A stretch of DNA of 62,353 nt, filler included, from Choristocarpus tenellus KU-1152 (Eukaryota > Protista > Phaeophyceae), in NCBI GenBank assembly GCA_964200185.2. It is 11 parts of 11 records of this genome, joined end to end, with 100 filler letters (N's around TTAATTAATTAA, not from the genome) between each part and the next. Parts side by side here need not be neighbours in the genome. Positions count along the whole stretch, not along the records: positions 45,630 to 51,160 come from CAXNAD020010506.1; positions 51,261 to 59,721 come from CAXNAD020004679.1; positions 59,822 to 62,353 come from CAXNAD020027003.1; 8 more parts are not named here. One strand, written 5' to 3'. Made by a program: the position numbers and the translations under genes. The notes beneath the pieces are model-generated. The model was not told the origin of the DNA, did not search any database, and worked only from the letters and a program-made list of their open reading frames with translations. Shown piece after piece: positions 48,901-62,264 of this stretch (positions are counted from its first letter, which is position 1; each line of letters opens with the position of its first letter).

Positions 48901-49395
48901 GTGTTGCGGTGAGGTTCATCTAATAAAAAAAGGGGCATGAGTTAGTAAATTGTCATCCAAGTGTTGATCATGTGTTGATCGTATCCTTGGGAAGGAAGAA
49001 CACAAGAGGAGAACTACATTCTCTTTTTAATTTTTAGTGCAGATCCAGTCACGCCTGCGTATGATTCATTATTTCAAGTTGTACGATTATTAGCGGAAAA
49101 TATGAAAAAATTCATGTTCAGGGAAAATGCCTTCCTTCTTTTGGTACATGTACCAAATGTGCGTACTCAATGGTGGATTTGGTGGATATGTTCCCCTGAA
49201 AGTAGGCCAGTGTCTTTAAACAGATATTCTAGGTTTAGGTGACTGTACAACATGACCAAGAGAGAAACTGACTATGGTGTATGCCAATTTCACTTTAACC
49301 ATTCACAGTAGATGCATCACCTTACCACACTTTGATGACCTCCAATTCCTTAGTTACACAAAACAGAAAAATATGTATCAGTCAACAGCCCCTCT

Positions 49396-49426
<31 letters not shown>

Positions 49427-49807
49427 ACCCCCCCCCCCCCCCCCCCCCCAAAGGCCCTTCTTGAACACCTTGCCAGTATTCCTCAAAAATTTCAATTATT
49501 TAATACTGCAATATTTCACTGCCTATGTAAACCTTTGTGATGATGTTCAGTAGGAAGTCCAGCAATTTCTATCTCCTCAATACAAGCCACAAAGAATAGC
49601 TCACCATGGTCAAAACATGAGGTTAGAAGGGGGCTCTGCCAAGAGAGACAACACAACACACTGTACTTCAACACGATACACTGTACCTCAACACAACACA
49701 CTGTGCACTAACATGACACCTGTACCTTACCATGACAGACTGTACCTTGTTGGGGCCACCATGGACAGAAGGTTCATTTGACTTCATCTCTGATGCCTCA
49801 TCAGAAC
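45732..49807 (-). CDS. Four exons of an unknown low-complexity/coiled-coil protein (49746-49807, 48622-48737, 46739-46850, 45732-45830)
   Basis: All CAG/GT bounded and phase-consistent (0,2,0): SDEASEMKSNEPSVHGGPNK|HTGDIKGVVNRVRDVENRDINRRERL...PRG(R)|RQGNSKGESV...AVAELLTE|LSALKAELNVMKHQPPGEKLRHSEQERAKLMTK. Confidence 0.7.
46653..46709. repeat. 19-bp tandem repeat x3 (GATCCATCAAATATGTACA)
   Basis: Three exact copies. Confidence 0.9.
47049..47081. repeat. Interstitial telomere-like (CCCTAA)n; similar runs at ~1583-1686, 14835-14890, 47519-47533, 51607-51622, 53256-53360, 55902-55915
   Basis: Direct TTAGGG/CCCTAA hexamer runs, several within introns. Confidence 0.85.
48838..48906. repeat. (GTGTTGAGT)n 9-mer microsatellite
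   Basis: About 7 tandem copies. Confidence 0.9.
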
Positions 49808-51095
49808 CTGTGGTGGTGGATCAGGCATGACAACATAACTACATTCAATTCATGTCGTGCATGTCTGTGCCTGTGGGACAGGGAAGTTCAACGAGATTCA
49901 TCATGATTACGCCTTCCTAGTTGACATCGACCACTCATAGCACACAGAATGAGAAGATCAAATCAAGACAGTGCCTTGTCTCCATTTGTCTCTGTTCTTA
50001 TACATTCTTACACATACACACCTCCAGCAAAGGGAGAGTTCTCCTTTTTGTAGGTATTGGGAGTAGGAGGCACTACCCTCCCCCGTGCCACCTGTTCTGC
50101 ATATCCCTCCTCCATTGCATGCAGGTGTTCCTGTACACCGTCCATGGACACAACAAGAAACCACACAGAATGAATGGGCACACACATCAACAGACCACAA
50201 TACAAGAATAAACGTAACAGACAACACAACACAATCCGTTACAAAAAAAAAACACACACACACACAATGCACCGCAAAACAAAACAAAAATGTTCACACA
50301 GAAGGGCATGGCCGGCTTGTTAATTTGTAAGATAGACGACTTGTTAATTCATTCTTATTGTACTGTGGTTGTTACAAAGTGCACACTACATCGCCATAAA
50401 CTTCGTTATTACCAACATATTACCAACATGAATTACAAATAAAGATACTGTTCACAATATTGTCAACATCAAAGTTTAAATCGCCGAAGTGCTGCCTGCC
50501 TGCACTTCGGCAAAAATGTCTAAACCTACAACTCTAAGCAATACTAACTACAACACAAAAATAAAAATAAACACATTATTGGGTAGTGGGTATACACACA
50601 ACAGCTACTAAAATAAGCAGTAATGGAGGCAATGCAGTCAGTGGTGAAGCATGTAACCTGAAACAAAAAGTTTGAATTCTGTCAAAAGTGTCTTGTCAGT
50701 CCTCTCCAAGATCAGACTTATCTCTTGATAGTGTTACATATTCTAACAACAGTTACAACAAAAATAATAAAATGGTTATAATGCCTTCCATCTATATACC
50801 AAACCCTTTACCCACCCACCAACTATGTGTGCAATGTGCCAACCGAGTGTACTTAACAAAAGCAAAGAGCTCCAAGCGGCACCTAAATAAGGGGAGGGGG
50901 CACACAAACTCATCTTGATCTGACCAACATCACCAACACCTGGTAGGCAAACCTACTGACTATATGTGATTACAATATGTGATTGGGTACTACTCATAGT
51001 GCTCTTTGAAACTGCTTCCTACATGTGCTATCTAGGAACACTCCAAGCACATAAAAACACCACTATATTAGTACAGTGCCTATCAGCATCGCTAA

Positions 51096-51130
<35 letters not shown>

Positions 51131-51654
51131 ACCCAAAAACAACCACACACGACGGCGAGGNNNNNNNNNNNNNNNNNNNNNNNNNNNNNNNNNNNNNNNN
51201 NNNNTTAATTAATTAANNNNNNNNNNNNNNNNNNNNNNNNNNNNNNNNNNNNNNNNNNNNGAGGGCTTGAACAGGCAATACAAAAAAAAGAGAGGCATTA
51301 CTGTTCAACAACTGCACAAATTAACAGAACGCACGAGCTCCAAAAAAAAAAAGAACACATGACAATACACCACAACATGCACAGAGGTATTTTAGCTCGC
51401 CCGCTCTTTTACAAGGAATCATCTGATCATCCCCGACATAGAGCCAAGCAACCTCTCTTGCGTCTTTTAATTTTTTTTATTTTTAAATCTAGACAAAAAA
51501 CGGTTAGCGCATTGCACTAGCACAAAAAATAAAAAATAAAAAACGAGCAGACAGCAAGCAAGCACACTGCGTACCCACACGCTCGATCTGAACAGGCGTT
51601 CATAAGGTTAGGGTTAGGGTTACATTAATAGCATGATCTTCGTGACACACACAC

Positions 51655-51689
<35 letters not shown>

Positions 51690-52794
51690 CTTTTACCCTA
51701 TACCAGCACTTTGAATGCATCTTTTGTTTCCAGTTGGTCCCATGGTACAGTCAATCAATAAAAATATGTATAGATGGTATAATGTAAGAAATGGTTGTAC
51801 CGTTTTTTGAGGTAAATACATAGATAGCACCGTACAACTCCACCATGGGCTGATTTGATTTGAAAGTCAACAGTTTCATGGGATCCTTAAAAAATGTTTT
51901 CCATATTTGCTGTCAGCCTGCCGAGATGTACCACTTATACTTAAAACTCTGCCCTATAGTTGGGTAGAGGAATGGAGAAGGATATTCAAAATCGCATTAA
52001 ACGATAGTAGTTAATGTATAGAGATACATGAAGACATCCAAAGGTGAAAGAGGGAAGAGAGATCATTAACCTTTCAGAAAAAAAGGCCTTTCTCCAGAGT
52101 AGAGATTTTTACTCTTAAGTATATGCAGTAATCCAATGGCTTCAAGCTAAGGACTAGAAGAGAGCGGCGATAGAAGGGCGACATGGGGGAGACAGGTCAG
52201 CCCCTCCTCCTTTATGGCACCAGAACCTCTTCTAGAATGAGGTGTAGCACAGCATCAACACACCTATGCGCCACACGATAGTACAGCATAGAATGTACGA
52301 AGTAGTGGTAGTAAAAAAAAGTAGTACAAATACACAGGTGAACACTCCACTGGTGGAGAACATGGCCTGAATTGGAATGATCCCGTCGTGAGAAAACTCC
52401 CAAACTTCAAAGTTGACTGAACCACCTCCCCCACTAACAAACTGGTGCAATGGTCGCCCTCCCACAACCGCCCTGCTAAATCAAAGTATGAACTGGTACC
52501 AGAACTCACACAAATCAAAAGTACAAACTGGTTCCGAAGACTCAAATAACTTATTGTCTAACATATCAAAGAAACAACCACCCCATGCTCGTCCTTGACC
52601 TTAAGCCCATATCCCCCATACCGACAGCGATTGATCGCCTCAGATCTTTACCAAAACCTCTGCTTCGGTTCAAAACACCAGTACGAGGTACACACACGGT
52701 TCCAAAGGAACCTGAACCAAGAACCAAGAACCAAGAACCAAGAACCCCAGGGTATTTTGAGGAAAAGGATCGCTGTTCAATGGTGCCCGCGCAG

Positions 52795-53128
52795 TCACCA
52801 AGAAGTTAACAACATCACCAAAGAAGTTAAACAACATCACCAAAGAAGTTAACAACAAAACAAACAACAACGCCAACAAGTTAACAACAACAACAATAAC
52901 AACAACAACAATAACAACAACAACAATAACAACAAAAAACGATATCACAAAAAGCTACGCGTTCAGATGAAAAGAGAGCCTCTGACACCTCCCGGTACTC
53001 CCGGACACCAAAGACAACACTAAAGACAACACTAAAGACAACACTAAAGATCACACTAAAGACAACACTAAAGACAACACCAAAGACAACACTAAAGACA
53101 ACACTAAAGACAACACCAAAGACAACAC
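52795..53128. repeat. Low-complexity cluster: ~21-bp repeat, (AAC/AAT)n and 12-mer (AAAGACAACACT)n x~10 at 53010-53128
   Basis: Direct inspection. Confidence 0.9.
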
Positions 53129-53589
53129 CGCCTTCCATCTTCCATCTTCCATCCCCACCACCACTCCCCAATAAAACCAACGGATTCAATTGGGCGGAAT
53201 CGGAGGAGGGGGGGATTGCATCCGTCGCTCTTCACCGGGAAGAAACACTCTCCGATTAGGGTTAGGGTTAGGGTGTGTTAGGGTTAGGGTGTGCAACACA
53301 AATTTCTCGAGCACTTCTTGGACCTCTCTCGGTCACTTTGAGCATTAGGGTTAGGGTTAGCTCAATCACACAGCGAGACCTTTCACACAACCCTGTGGTC
53401 CCTGGTCCTTGGTACAGGGAGGTCCATCGGAACTGTGTACCGCTAGTTCTTGGACATTTTAGACAGTTGGAGGCTGGGACCGGTCTGAGACTGGCGATTG
53501 TCATCGGTACGGTCTGGAACAGGGGCTCTCGTGCTCAAGGACTGCCATGCCACGAAACCATCTACCCAACGTCTTGGGCAGTTAGATAT

Positions 53590-53690
53590 ACATCATTATC
53601 ATCATCATCATCATCATCATCACCACCATCATCACCATCATTATCATTATCATCATCACCATCATTATTATTATCATCATTATTATTATT
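53590..53690. repeat. (CAT/CAC/TAT)n trinucleotide microsatellite
   Basis: Direct inspection; it explains the poly-His/poly-Ser ORFs. Confidence 0.9.
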
Positions 53691-54149
53691 TCAACAAGTA
53701 TGGTGAAAAAGAACAAAAAAACTTCCACCCGTTTCTCACGGCCTTGAACTGTTTCTTCTTATTAATATTATTATCCCCTCTCAGAAAGGTATACATATAT
53801 ACCTCTAAGATGGTTGATCTTTGGCGCTATTGTGCGTAGAGGAAAAAACAAAAAATAAAAAAATAAAAAACGAGAAAGACATACAACCCGCGATAAAATA
53901 CAGCTTCGATTGTTGATACCATACTGATTGAAGGTGATAGCTGAAACTTAACAACGGGGTCATTGGAGATGTAGATCCACAGAAAAAAGAAAACAAATAA
54001 TAATAATAATAACAATAATCATCATCATCATTATTATTGTAATAGTAAGAATAGTAGTAATAATAATAATGGTAATAATAATAATATTCACCTGAGAAGG
54101 AAAAAAAAATGAAACAGATCTAGAGAGACGGTAAAGGCTAGTCATGCAA

Positions 54150-54184
<35 letters not shown>

Positions 54185-54765
54185 AGTTCAATAAAGTGAG
54201 AACCTCACAATCAAGCAAGGTTCGGCTTGAACTACGCATCAGGACCACAGCGCAATGGTACGCTTACAAGGGGTTTGTACGAGATATGCGAGGGATCCGA
54301 CTACCACCTGAAAACACACAATTGTAATCATGTACGGAGATGTTTGCCTCAATTGTAATGTGCGCTATAGAGGCTTGAACATATTTTTTTAATATCCACA
54401 TATATATATATAAATATGTGTGTGTGTGTTTATGTAAAATAGCGGCCACGCACAATGAGAGTAACTGTTACAGCAAAAAAATGAAGCAAAAAAATGAAGC
54501 AAAAAAATGAAAGACACAGACTTCCTCCACACACAGCGAAAGCTCAGACAGTTTGCAGGGCGGTTTTGTGTAACATACACAGAAGGCGTTTCTTGCAGAT
54601 TTTCCAACGGCCGGCACAGAAGAGATAGACAAGCCCAGACGCTGCTGAGATTGTGTGCAATCCATATTTGGTGTCACCAAGACCCCCACAAAAAAAGAAA
54701 CAACAAACTAATATCACCTTGTGTAACAGGTTGAGAAGATACAGTACGTAACACTATAGTCACTA

Positions 54766-54809
<44 letters not shown>

Positions 54810-55982
54810 TTTTTCAAGTGCAATACGAACAAGCACCCGGACCTTGTCAGAGTCACTCTGGAATAACAAGGTGCGGGGACGGCAGAGGAACAACCTTGCA
54901 AAAGGGGCACCACTGTGGCATGCTGGGATGGCGGTAGTCCCAGTAGGGATAACGCCTCTATTTCTAACCTCTATATGAGCTTCGTGCTCATTCTCTTTTT
55001 CTCACATGGCCGACAGCAGCAGCACTACAGTAATACACAATACACCACAGGATCGCCTTGCTGATCTCTAGAACGCACATACGCACGTGCATAAAATACT
55101 ATCCAATAAATTAGTGCTTGGCAAGATATTGTTTGTGATAAAAAAGAAGAGCTGTTTTAATTCCCTGAGAGGATTCAATGGGATTAGGTTCTTTAGAACA
55201 ACCTATTGGGATAGTACTGATCTTGTAAAGTTTACATCAAATTATCACCTCCAAACAAAGCAATAACAGCTAGCATTGCCAACCTGAAGGTCTAACCTGT
55301 AGACTACACAGTGCATCCTAATATTAGTAAGAAGCCACAATAACCCAAAATGTACAGTTACATTACAAGGATCACAACAATTGCTGTGCACACTTCTATT
55401 CATCAAAGGGTCTTCCCTCCACCGTGGCAAATCTATTTGTACCACCTTCCCTTCTGTCGTGACAGCACCTTCTTCACCTTGGGGAGGGATTTATATCTAC
55501 TGTTCACAGAAAAAAAAAAATCATATTTGACAGGAGTTACAAAAAAAAACATGTACATAATCATATAAATATATTTATATAAATATATATGAATATATAC
55601 CATGTAACGGAAAATGACTGAAACGCTTACACCTATTGGTTGGTATCGACTCACCACAGGGAATGTCATTTTTTTTTTTAAACTCACAAAAAAAGGTAAT
55701 AATATTAATAATAATAAACATAACTTTACTCAAAAAGTAGTAAATGTTTTTTTCGGTGAAATATTTTGTCAAGCGTGTTGCATGTATTAAGTCTTATATT
55801 TCAAGCGTAACGAAATGACCCCACCCACTATACACTACTTGTGCTACAAGCCACTCCCTTCACACTTACCTCAACAACAACCACCACCATAAACAAACAC
55901 GGGGTTAGGGTTAAGGCTAGCACCCTTCCTCCCCACACTTTCTCGCCATCTATTTCAGCATCATCGACAGCATTGCATACTT

Positions 55983-56190
55983 GAGAACAAACGTCCAATC
56001 AACACACTCACACCATACATAGGAACAAATGTCCAGTTAGCACACTCACAGCATACTTAGGAACAAATGTCCAATCAACACACTCACACCATAAATAGGA
56101 ACAAATGTCCAATCAACACACTCACACCATAAATAGGAACAAATGTCCAATCAACACACTCACAGCATACTCAAGAAAAAATGTCCAATC
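55983..56190. repeat. 38-bp minisatellite (~5.5 copies)
   Basis: Unit AGGAACAAATGTCCAATCAACACACTCACACCATAAAT. Confidence 0.9.
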
Positions 56191-56416
56191 CAATCAACAC
56201 AACACCAAGAACAGGAAAAAAAGCCCACTCACTCACATGTCCAACACCTGTCACATAAAAGAACCCCCCCCCCCCCCCCCCCCCTTTTTTTAGGGCCGCC
56301 TCCTCCTCCCACAACGGCCAAACCCCNNNNNNNNNNAACACCAAGAAAAGAAAAAAAAGCCCCCCCCCCCCCATGCCCAACCCCTGTCAAAAAAAAGACC
56401 CCCCCCCCCCCCTCAC

Positions 56417-58605
56417 CTTGTTGTTCAGGTCTGCCTCATCCTTCAAGAACGGCAAATCCCCACAGAGGAGAACAAACGTAATCACTCCCAAGCTCCACAG
56501 GTCTGCCTTCTGTGTATAGCCCGCCCCTGTCAGCACCTACAGAGACCGACATGGATGTGGGAGGGTGACGAATCAGGGGGGCAACAAATCACAAAGGGGG
56601 AGGAGAGGGGAAGGTCGAGAAAAAATATATAGTCATGGAATCTCTGTCTCTCTCTTATCTCTCTCTCTCTCTTATCTCTGTCTCTCTCTTATCTTTGTCT
56701 CTTATCTCTCTCTCTCTCTCTCCTGGTTGGATGTCTACAAGCGTTCCATCGCCTCAAAAAAAAAAGAAGCAAGGATCAATCCTTCTCGACAGCACAAACG
56801 AAATCGACCAATCAACAGAGAGCTAGCCCAACAGAATCAAGCCGTTCGTTCAGAGCAACACCACAGCTCTGCATCTCAGCTAGGGCTTTGGTTTAGTCGA
56901 CAGCACGGCGTGTATGACCAGGTACATATACCGTCTGACGGTATACACGACATCGCTCGTACCGTTCAGGGTTAAATGCATACCGATATTCCACTATCCC
57001 GACCAACAAATTCCACAACAGTGGAATCAAAAAGGAAAAAGATAAGGAAAGTTCCGGGAGAGGTGGTAGGTAGGTAGGTAGGTAGGTAGGTAGGTAGGTA
57101 GGTAGGTAACTTAACCTGCAAAAAATCTCGACATTCAAAACCCTGCGAGACCTAGGGAGCAAAAAGTATCACAAAGCAGTGACCCAATTCGATACATGCA
57201 TTTAACTATTTTGTTTGCCTGACTTGAGCACAATTTTGTTTGGCTTCCCTTCCTCCCGTGCGACACCATCGTGTCTCGCCGCCGCCCTTAAGGCCCCCCG
57301 AAAAAAAAATTCCGTTTAGTTGGTGACCCAAAAGTCCAAGCTCGGATGTGTCCAGGCGAGAGGCATGGGGTGTGAATTGAGATCGCACTGATGAACCATC
57401 CTATCACACACTTGCATTAATACGCCGGCGTTGTTCCACGCCCCAACTCCGACAACGTTCACCCCCAAAGGAATCTTAGATTCGATCGCGCCACACAAGT
57501 GCACCCCTTCAAAACCTCTCAACGACAATCGCAGAACAAGCCACCCCACTAGCACATTTGAAACATGTATAGAGATACAGATACATCAATGGACAGATGC
57601 ATCGAATACGAGATACACAGACAGCATAACATCACGCTCTGTTCTTTTTCCTACCATACACTCACTAACACCTCACATACCAGTAAGTCACTTTCTCCAA
57701 CCCGAACACAAATACAAAAATTGTACAACTCCCCCCTTTCATACACAATAGACACGCACCACCCCCACCCGAACACAAAGACACCAGCGCCAAACCCCAC
57801 CCCTAACCCTTCAAGCCCTGACATCAACCCCTGACTCTAACCAGCACACACCACACCCCAGAGCAACATCGTCAAACTCTAACATGGCATCGTCACGTTC
57901 GTCCCAAAATCTAGCGCATCGCCTCACCTCGGGGGCCATGGTGTACACCGTGCCACAAGCAGTTCGCATCTTATCCCCCTTTGTGAACACCTTACCACAC
58001 AGAGGACAGAATAAAAACAAAAAAGCAGAGCACAGGCAAGCAGGCAGGCAGGCAGGCAGGGTAGGAAGGGTAGGAAGGGTAGGAAGGGTAGGAAGGGTAG
58101 GAAGGGTAGGAAGGGTAGGAAGGGTAGGAAGGGTAGGAAGGGAAAGGGAAAGGGGAAGGGGAAGGGGAAGGGGAAGGGGAAGGGGAAGGGGAAGGGGAAG
58201 GGGAAGGGGAAGGGGAAAGTACACAAGAGCGTGTGAGTGTGCCTTGTGTCCCGATGTTTGGTGCGTTACGGGACAAGAACAAATGCTTTTGTGACAGACC
58301 GGTGTCAAACTACCCCACCCCATTACGTACTAGTACACTGAACAAGAAAATATCGAAAAAATATAGGTAGGTCATCACGTCCTTCACACAACAACCCGTC
58401 CCCTAACAGGCTAAAGAAGTCACATAATGAAGTGATCCATCCCGAGGGCAGTTCACACCACCTATCGCTTCCAACGCCACAAAGCAAGAGAACCCCTCTC
58501 TTCCCCGCCATCCACATTACATAAAACCCCTACCTGCGAGAGCCCAAAGTCGATGAGCTTTACCACCAGAGGCTCTCCCATTGACTCCAGCATAATATTC
58601 TCCAT
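56417..58605 (-). CDS. Ser/Thr protein kinase (CAMK/CDPK-like), three exons: 58534-58605, 57928-57990, 56417-56536
   Basis: Phase-0 exons splice to MENIMLESMGEPLVVKLIDFGLSQ|VFTKGDKMRTACGTVYTMAPE|VLTGAGYTQKADLWSLGVITFVLLCGDLPFLKDEADLNNK, which covers kinase subdomains VIb-IX (DFG, GT..YxAPE-like, DLWSLG). Confidence 0.92.
58035..58217. repeat. Compound purine-rich microsatellite (GGCA)n-(GGGTAGGAA)n-(GGGGAA)n in a kinase intron
   Basis: Direct inspection. Confidence 0.92.
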
Positions 58606-59407
58606 CTTGTGACAGGACAAAGTGAACAGAAAAAATAAAACAAAATAAAACACAAAGAATTGCGCCGCACGCGCGTTCGAATGTAATGCCACACGCACGT
58701 TCATGCATCACGCCACACATGCGTTTACGCACCACACCACGCACGCACGTTCATGCATCACGCCACACGTGCGTGCACACACATCAACAGTCCCCGCATC
58801 CAAAAAAGGAGTTGAAGGGTGCATGTAAGAACAGAGAGAGGGTGTCAGCCAATGGCAATGGAGGAGAAAGAGTCACACCAATACAAAAAATAAAAAACTC
58901 GGATCTCGGATGGGAGGATACGACTTACAACCAAGTATCTTCTTCTAGTGAGGTGGGTTTGGTTGATTACGATAAAATCCCAAGGTTTTGATCAGTTCTG
59001 ATGCCAGCAGAATCCTCACTGTCACCACACTTCACACATACAATTCCATCACGGGCAGGCATGACTACTGACGAACACCTTCACAATAGTATTGGTTTCA
59101 AAAAAAGGCCGCGGTCGTATCCCACTTGTTCAATCAAACACCACACTCCTACTACGGTGCTATCCAGTACAGAAAATAAAAAACAGAAAGAGTTCTCCTC
59201 ACTGAAGCACCCGCTGCCAAGGTCGACTTACGTCATTGCATGGTTTAACTAACTATTGCCACCACAGCTATGATTTAACTTCTGAGCAAATATCCTAATA
59301 ATAGTAAAATAGTATCAAGTACTATAACGTTCATACCGCCAACAATATAGTGTACTAATGGTGTCATCAATACCACATGTAACCCTAACCGCACTACTAC
59401 TACTAAA

Positions 59408-59440
<33 letters not shown>

Positions 59441-59821
59441 TGCATGTGTAGCATGTACAACCATTCCCAAGGACAGACAAACAAAACAGAAAAAAAAGAA
59501 AACACATTACCCCTCCTACGCAAGCCTGCCCACCCACCCCCACCCCATCAGACACGGTCAGAATCATCCCCATGCAAACACCACTTGTCCAACAGAGTAA
59601 CAGAGTATTGCTGAGTCATACCCATACTATCCGAGAGGCAGACATGATTATATTAGAAGGAACAAACCACCCACCCACCACAAAAAACAAAAAAAAAAAA
59701 AAAAAAACATAGAAAGAACAANNNNNNNNNNNNNNNNNNNNNNNNNNNNNNNNNNNNNNNNNNNNTTAATTAATTAANNNNNNNNNNNNNNNNNNNNNNN
59801 NNNNNNNNNNNNNNNNNNNNN

Positions 59822-59886
59822 ATGGGAAGCCAAGCCCCAAATGGACAAACAGGGAAAAACTCGTGCCCTCTAACATACTTTCACTA
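59822..59886 (+). mobile_element. Right end of a MITE family A copy truncated by the contig start
   Basis: AGCCCCAAATGGACAAACAGGGAAAAACTCGTGCCCTCTAACATACTTTCACT matches the family A 3' end. Confidence 0.85.
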
Positions 59887-60525
59887 CTTTCTCAAATCCT
59901 GTTCAATTTTTATTATTTCCAGCATCTTGGTGTCATCCATTCTCTCTTCCCCATACAATACCACAAAAATATGTCCCCTACACCTCTGCTTCTGCAAAGT
60001 GGATTTGAAGGGGTCCTCTATGGACGGATTACAAGAACAAAAAAGTGGTAGGGAGGTGCACGCCACAGAAGTGTATCATTTAAGCACTACAATGGCACTA
60101 GGCTAGAAGTAAAGAGAGAATTAGGTCATTCACAGGGTGTGTCTTGGAGGAACTGGTCTAGGTCAAAACGTTCTGGCTGATGATTGAACGCCTCCACATG
60201 GTGGTACCCCAATGCAGAGTAGGATCGCAGGAGCAGTCGAACAAGTCTCTCCACCTCCTGCCACACAGGGTTAAAAGAGACATACATAGCATACATGGGA
60301 AGTCAAGAGGGGGAAGGGCAACTACAAATTCATGTTCAAACAATCTGCTACATCAAACAGACACAGATGAAATGCAACAATCACCTGCTTCTTTCGGCGT
60401 AGGAAAGTTAAATGCAAAGCAGACCTCTACTGTTGTAACAGTCATCGCCAACATACATCAACAGGAAGTATCAACAACTTGAAGTGTGAATGCGTCCACA
60501 ACTAATGTGCATGGTTTGTATCTTT

Positions 60526-60783
60526 GAGCCAAAGTATCTTAGAGGGTAGGGCCGGGTCTATTTGGGGATCAAAATACAATGTTGTAATTTTGATGTAATT
60601 TTGGCTATCATGTTTGTAAGGAAGTGTCAATATCCGTGTTCCGGACACACCTTTTCATAACACATACATTTATCCTACTCAAAGACATTTTGGGGCAGGA
60701 AAATGTCATAAAAAACCCCATGGGAAGTCAACCCCCAAATGGACAAACAGGGAAAAACCCATACCCTCAAACATGCTTTCACC
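60526..60783 (+). mobile_element. MITE family A copy, probable TSD CTTT
   Basis: Full-length match to 11437-11694; CTTT at 60522-60525 and 60784-60787 if one terminal base was lost. Confidence 0.9.
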
Positions 60784-61796
60784 CTTTGCTACATGAATCG
60801 AACAAGGGACTCAGCAAATAAAGAAATTCTCCAGAGATTAAGTCTGCTACCGCCAACCACATCAAACACAGAGTCGTACACTAGCATAAGGACACTTTTA
60901 TTAGCCTCCCCTCAATAGCACGTGCATGCAGGCACGCGTACACACAAGCAGGACACGGAAATACTTTCAAATTGAACTGCGCGGGGTTTCAACAAAACCC
61001 AAGAGAGGTAAATATTAGGGCAGCAGACCCTCACTACACAACATGTGGAAGCCACGATAGCACACAAAAAGAATTACCTGTTGTGGTGCATGATCACCAA
61101 ACTAGAACTAGGTGGACGCTCTACTTTCTCTCTCTCTCTCTCTCTCCTGTTGATAAATAACTCATCTCCTTTGATCTACTTGCCAATCGTTGGATCATGA
61201 CTGATCACCGCTCTTTCTCTCGCCCATATATCATACCAAGTCCCACCTAACACATTGATCCATGCAGTACGTACCCTTACTATTAACCCCCCCCCAAAAA
61301 GTCGTACTAACCGAGAGACATACATGAGCACAATAAAAGTATCCCTAGAAAAGGCAAAAGTAGCAAATGTTTTTGTCAACTTCTCTACTGCGGTGACACC
61401 TTAATTATAGTGCACTTACACAGTGCACTAAAATAAATAGAAGGTAGGGTGTATATAACACAGGGGTTCTAAAAAAATGCACACAACACAAAACAGCCAA
61501 AAACGTGTATATATATATATGTATATATCTTTGTTAGCATGACTCAAACCACATATGAAGTTAATACAAAGTCAATTGTCTAACAGAGGTGTTCAGTGTA
61601 GCGGAGTGAAGGTTTCAACCTAAGCTTACCACTTCAAAGGCATCCTTAACCTAGATCACTTCTATTGCACTCTTACTGCACATATCAATTCACCAACAGC
61701 AGTTCGTGCACCAACAAGCGCATTACAGTGACACAACTCTACTTTAAATCCTCAATGTTTGCTACACATCTCGACCCATCCTTCCCACTCCATACC

Positions 61797-62068
61797 GGCC
61801 CATAGTATCCTAGAGGGTGGGGGGTGTTTAGAACAGGTCGTCCATTCAGGGCTAGATGGGGCGTTGTAAAATACCCCAGTTTGATGACTCTTTCGTGGGC
61901 GATTCTCCTTCGGATTTGGTTCAGCCAGGAATATGGAAAAGGAAAGTGATCCAGATGAAGGAGATTACCCTTACACCTGATACATATATTTGTACGACAT
62001 GAAAATCACTACAATGTTACAATAGACCTAATCGGATGCCTGACCCCCCCAGAAGGATACTACAGGCC
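61797..62068. mobile_element. Putative MITE family D with related TIRs
   Basis: GGCCCATAGTATCCTAGAGGGTGGGGGGT vs the reverse complement of the right end, GGCCTGTAGTATCCTTCTGGGGGGGT; no TSD seen. Confidence 0.5.
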
Positions 62069-62264
62069 AATACTTAATTGTGCACCAGGCGGGATGCTCT
62101 CTTAACCAATAGAGAGCATTGCGAAAAAAATGCAATTTTGCGTGTATTCCCATGCGGAGGCGAGGGTTTACTTTAAGTTGTCCGTGCATGTGTGTGTAAA
62201 AACAAGGGCGGCATATGTCTTTATCACACAGTAACAACACATTGCATCGAATTCAAAAAGACAA

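Noticed and set aside
53498-53839. Poly-His protein ORF
   Set aside because: (CAT)n microsatellite; no coding context.
55983-56190. CRISPR-sized 38-bp repeats (also the 42-bp repeats at 28015)
   Set aside because: Head-to-tail copies with no unique spacers.
57811-58323. ORFs with PSY/LPT/GR repeats (extensin-like, RGG-like or CTD-like proteins)
   Set aside because: Translations of an intronic microsatellite between two kinase exons.
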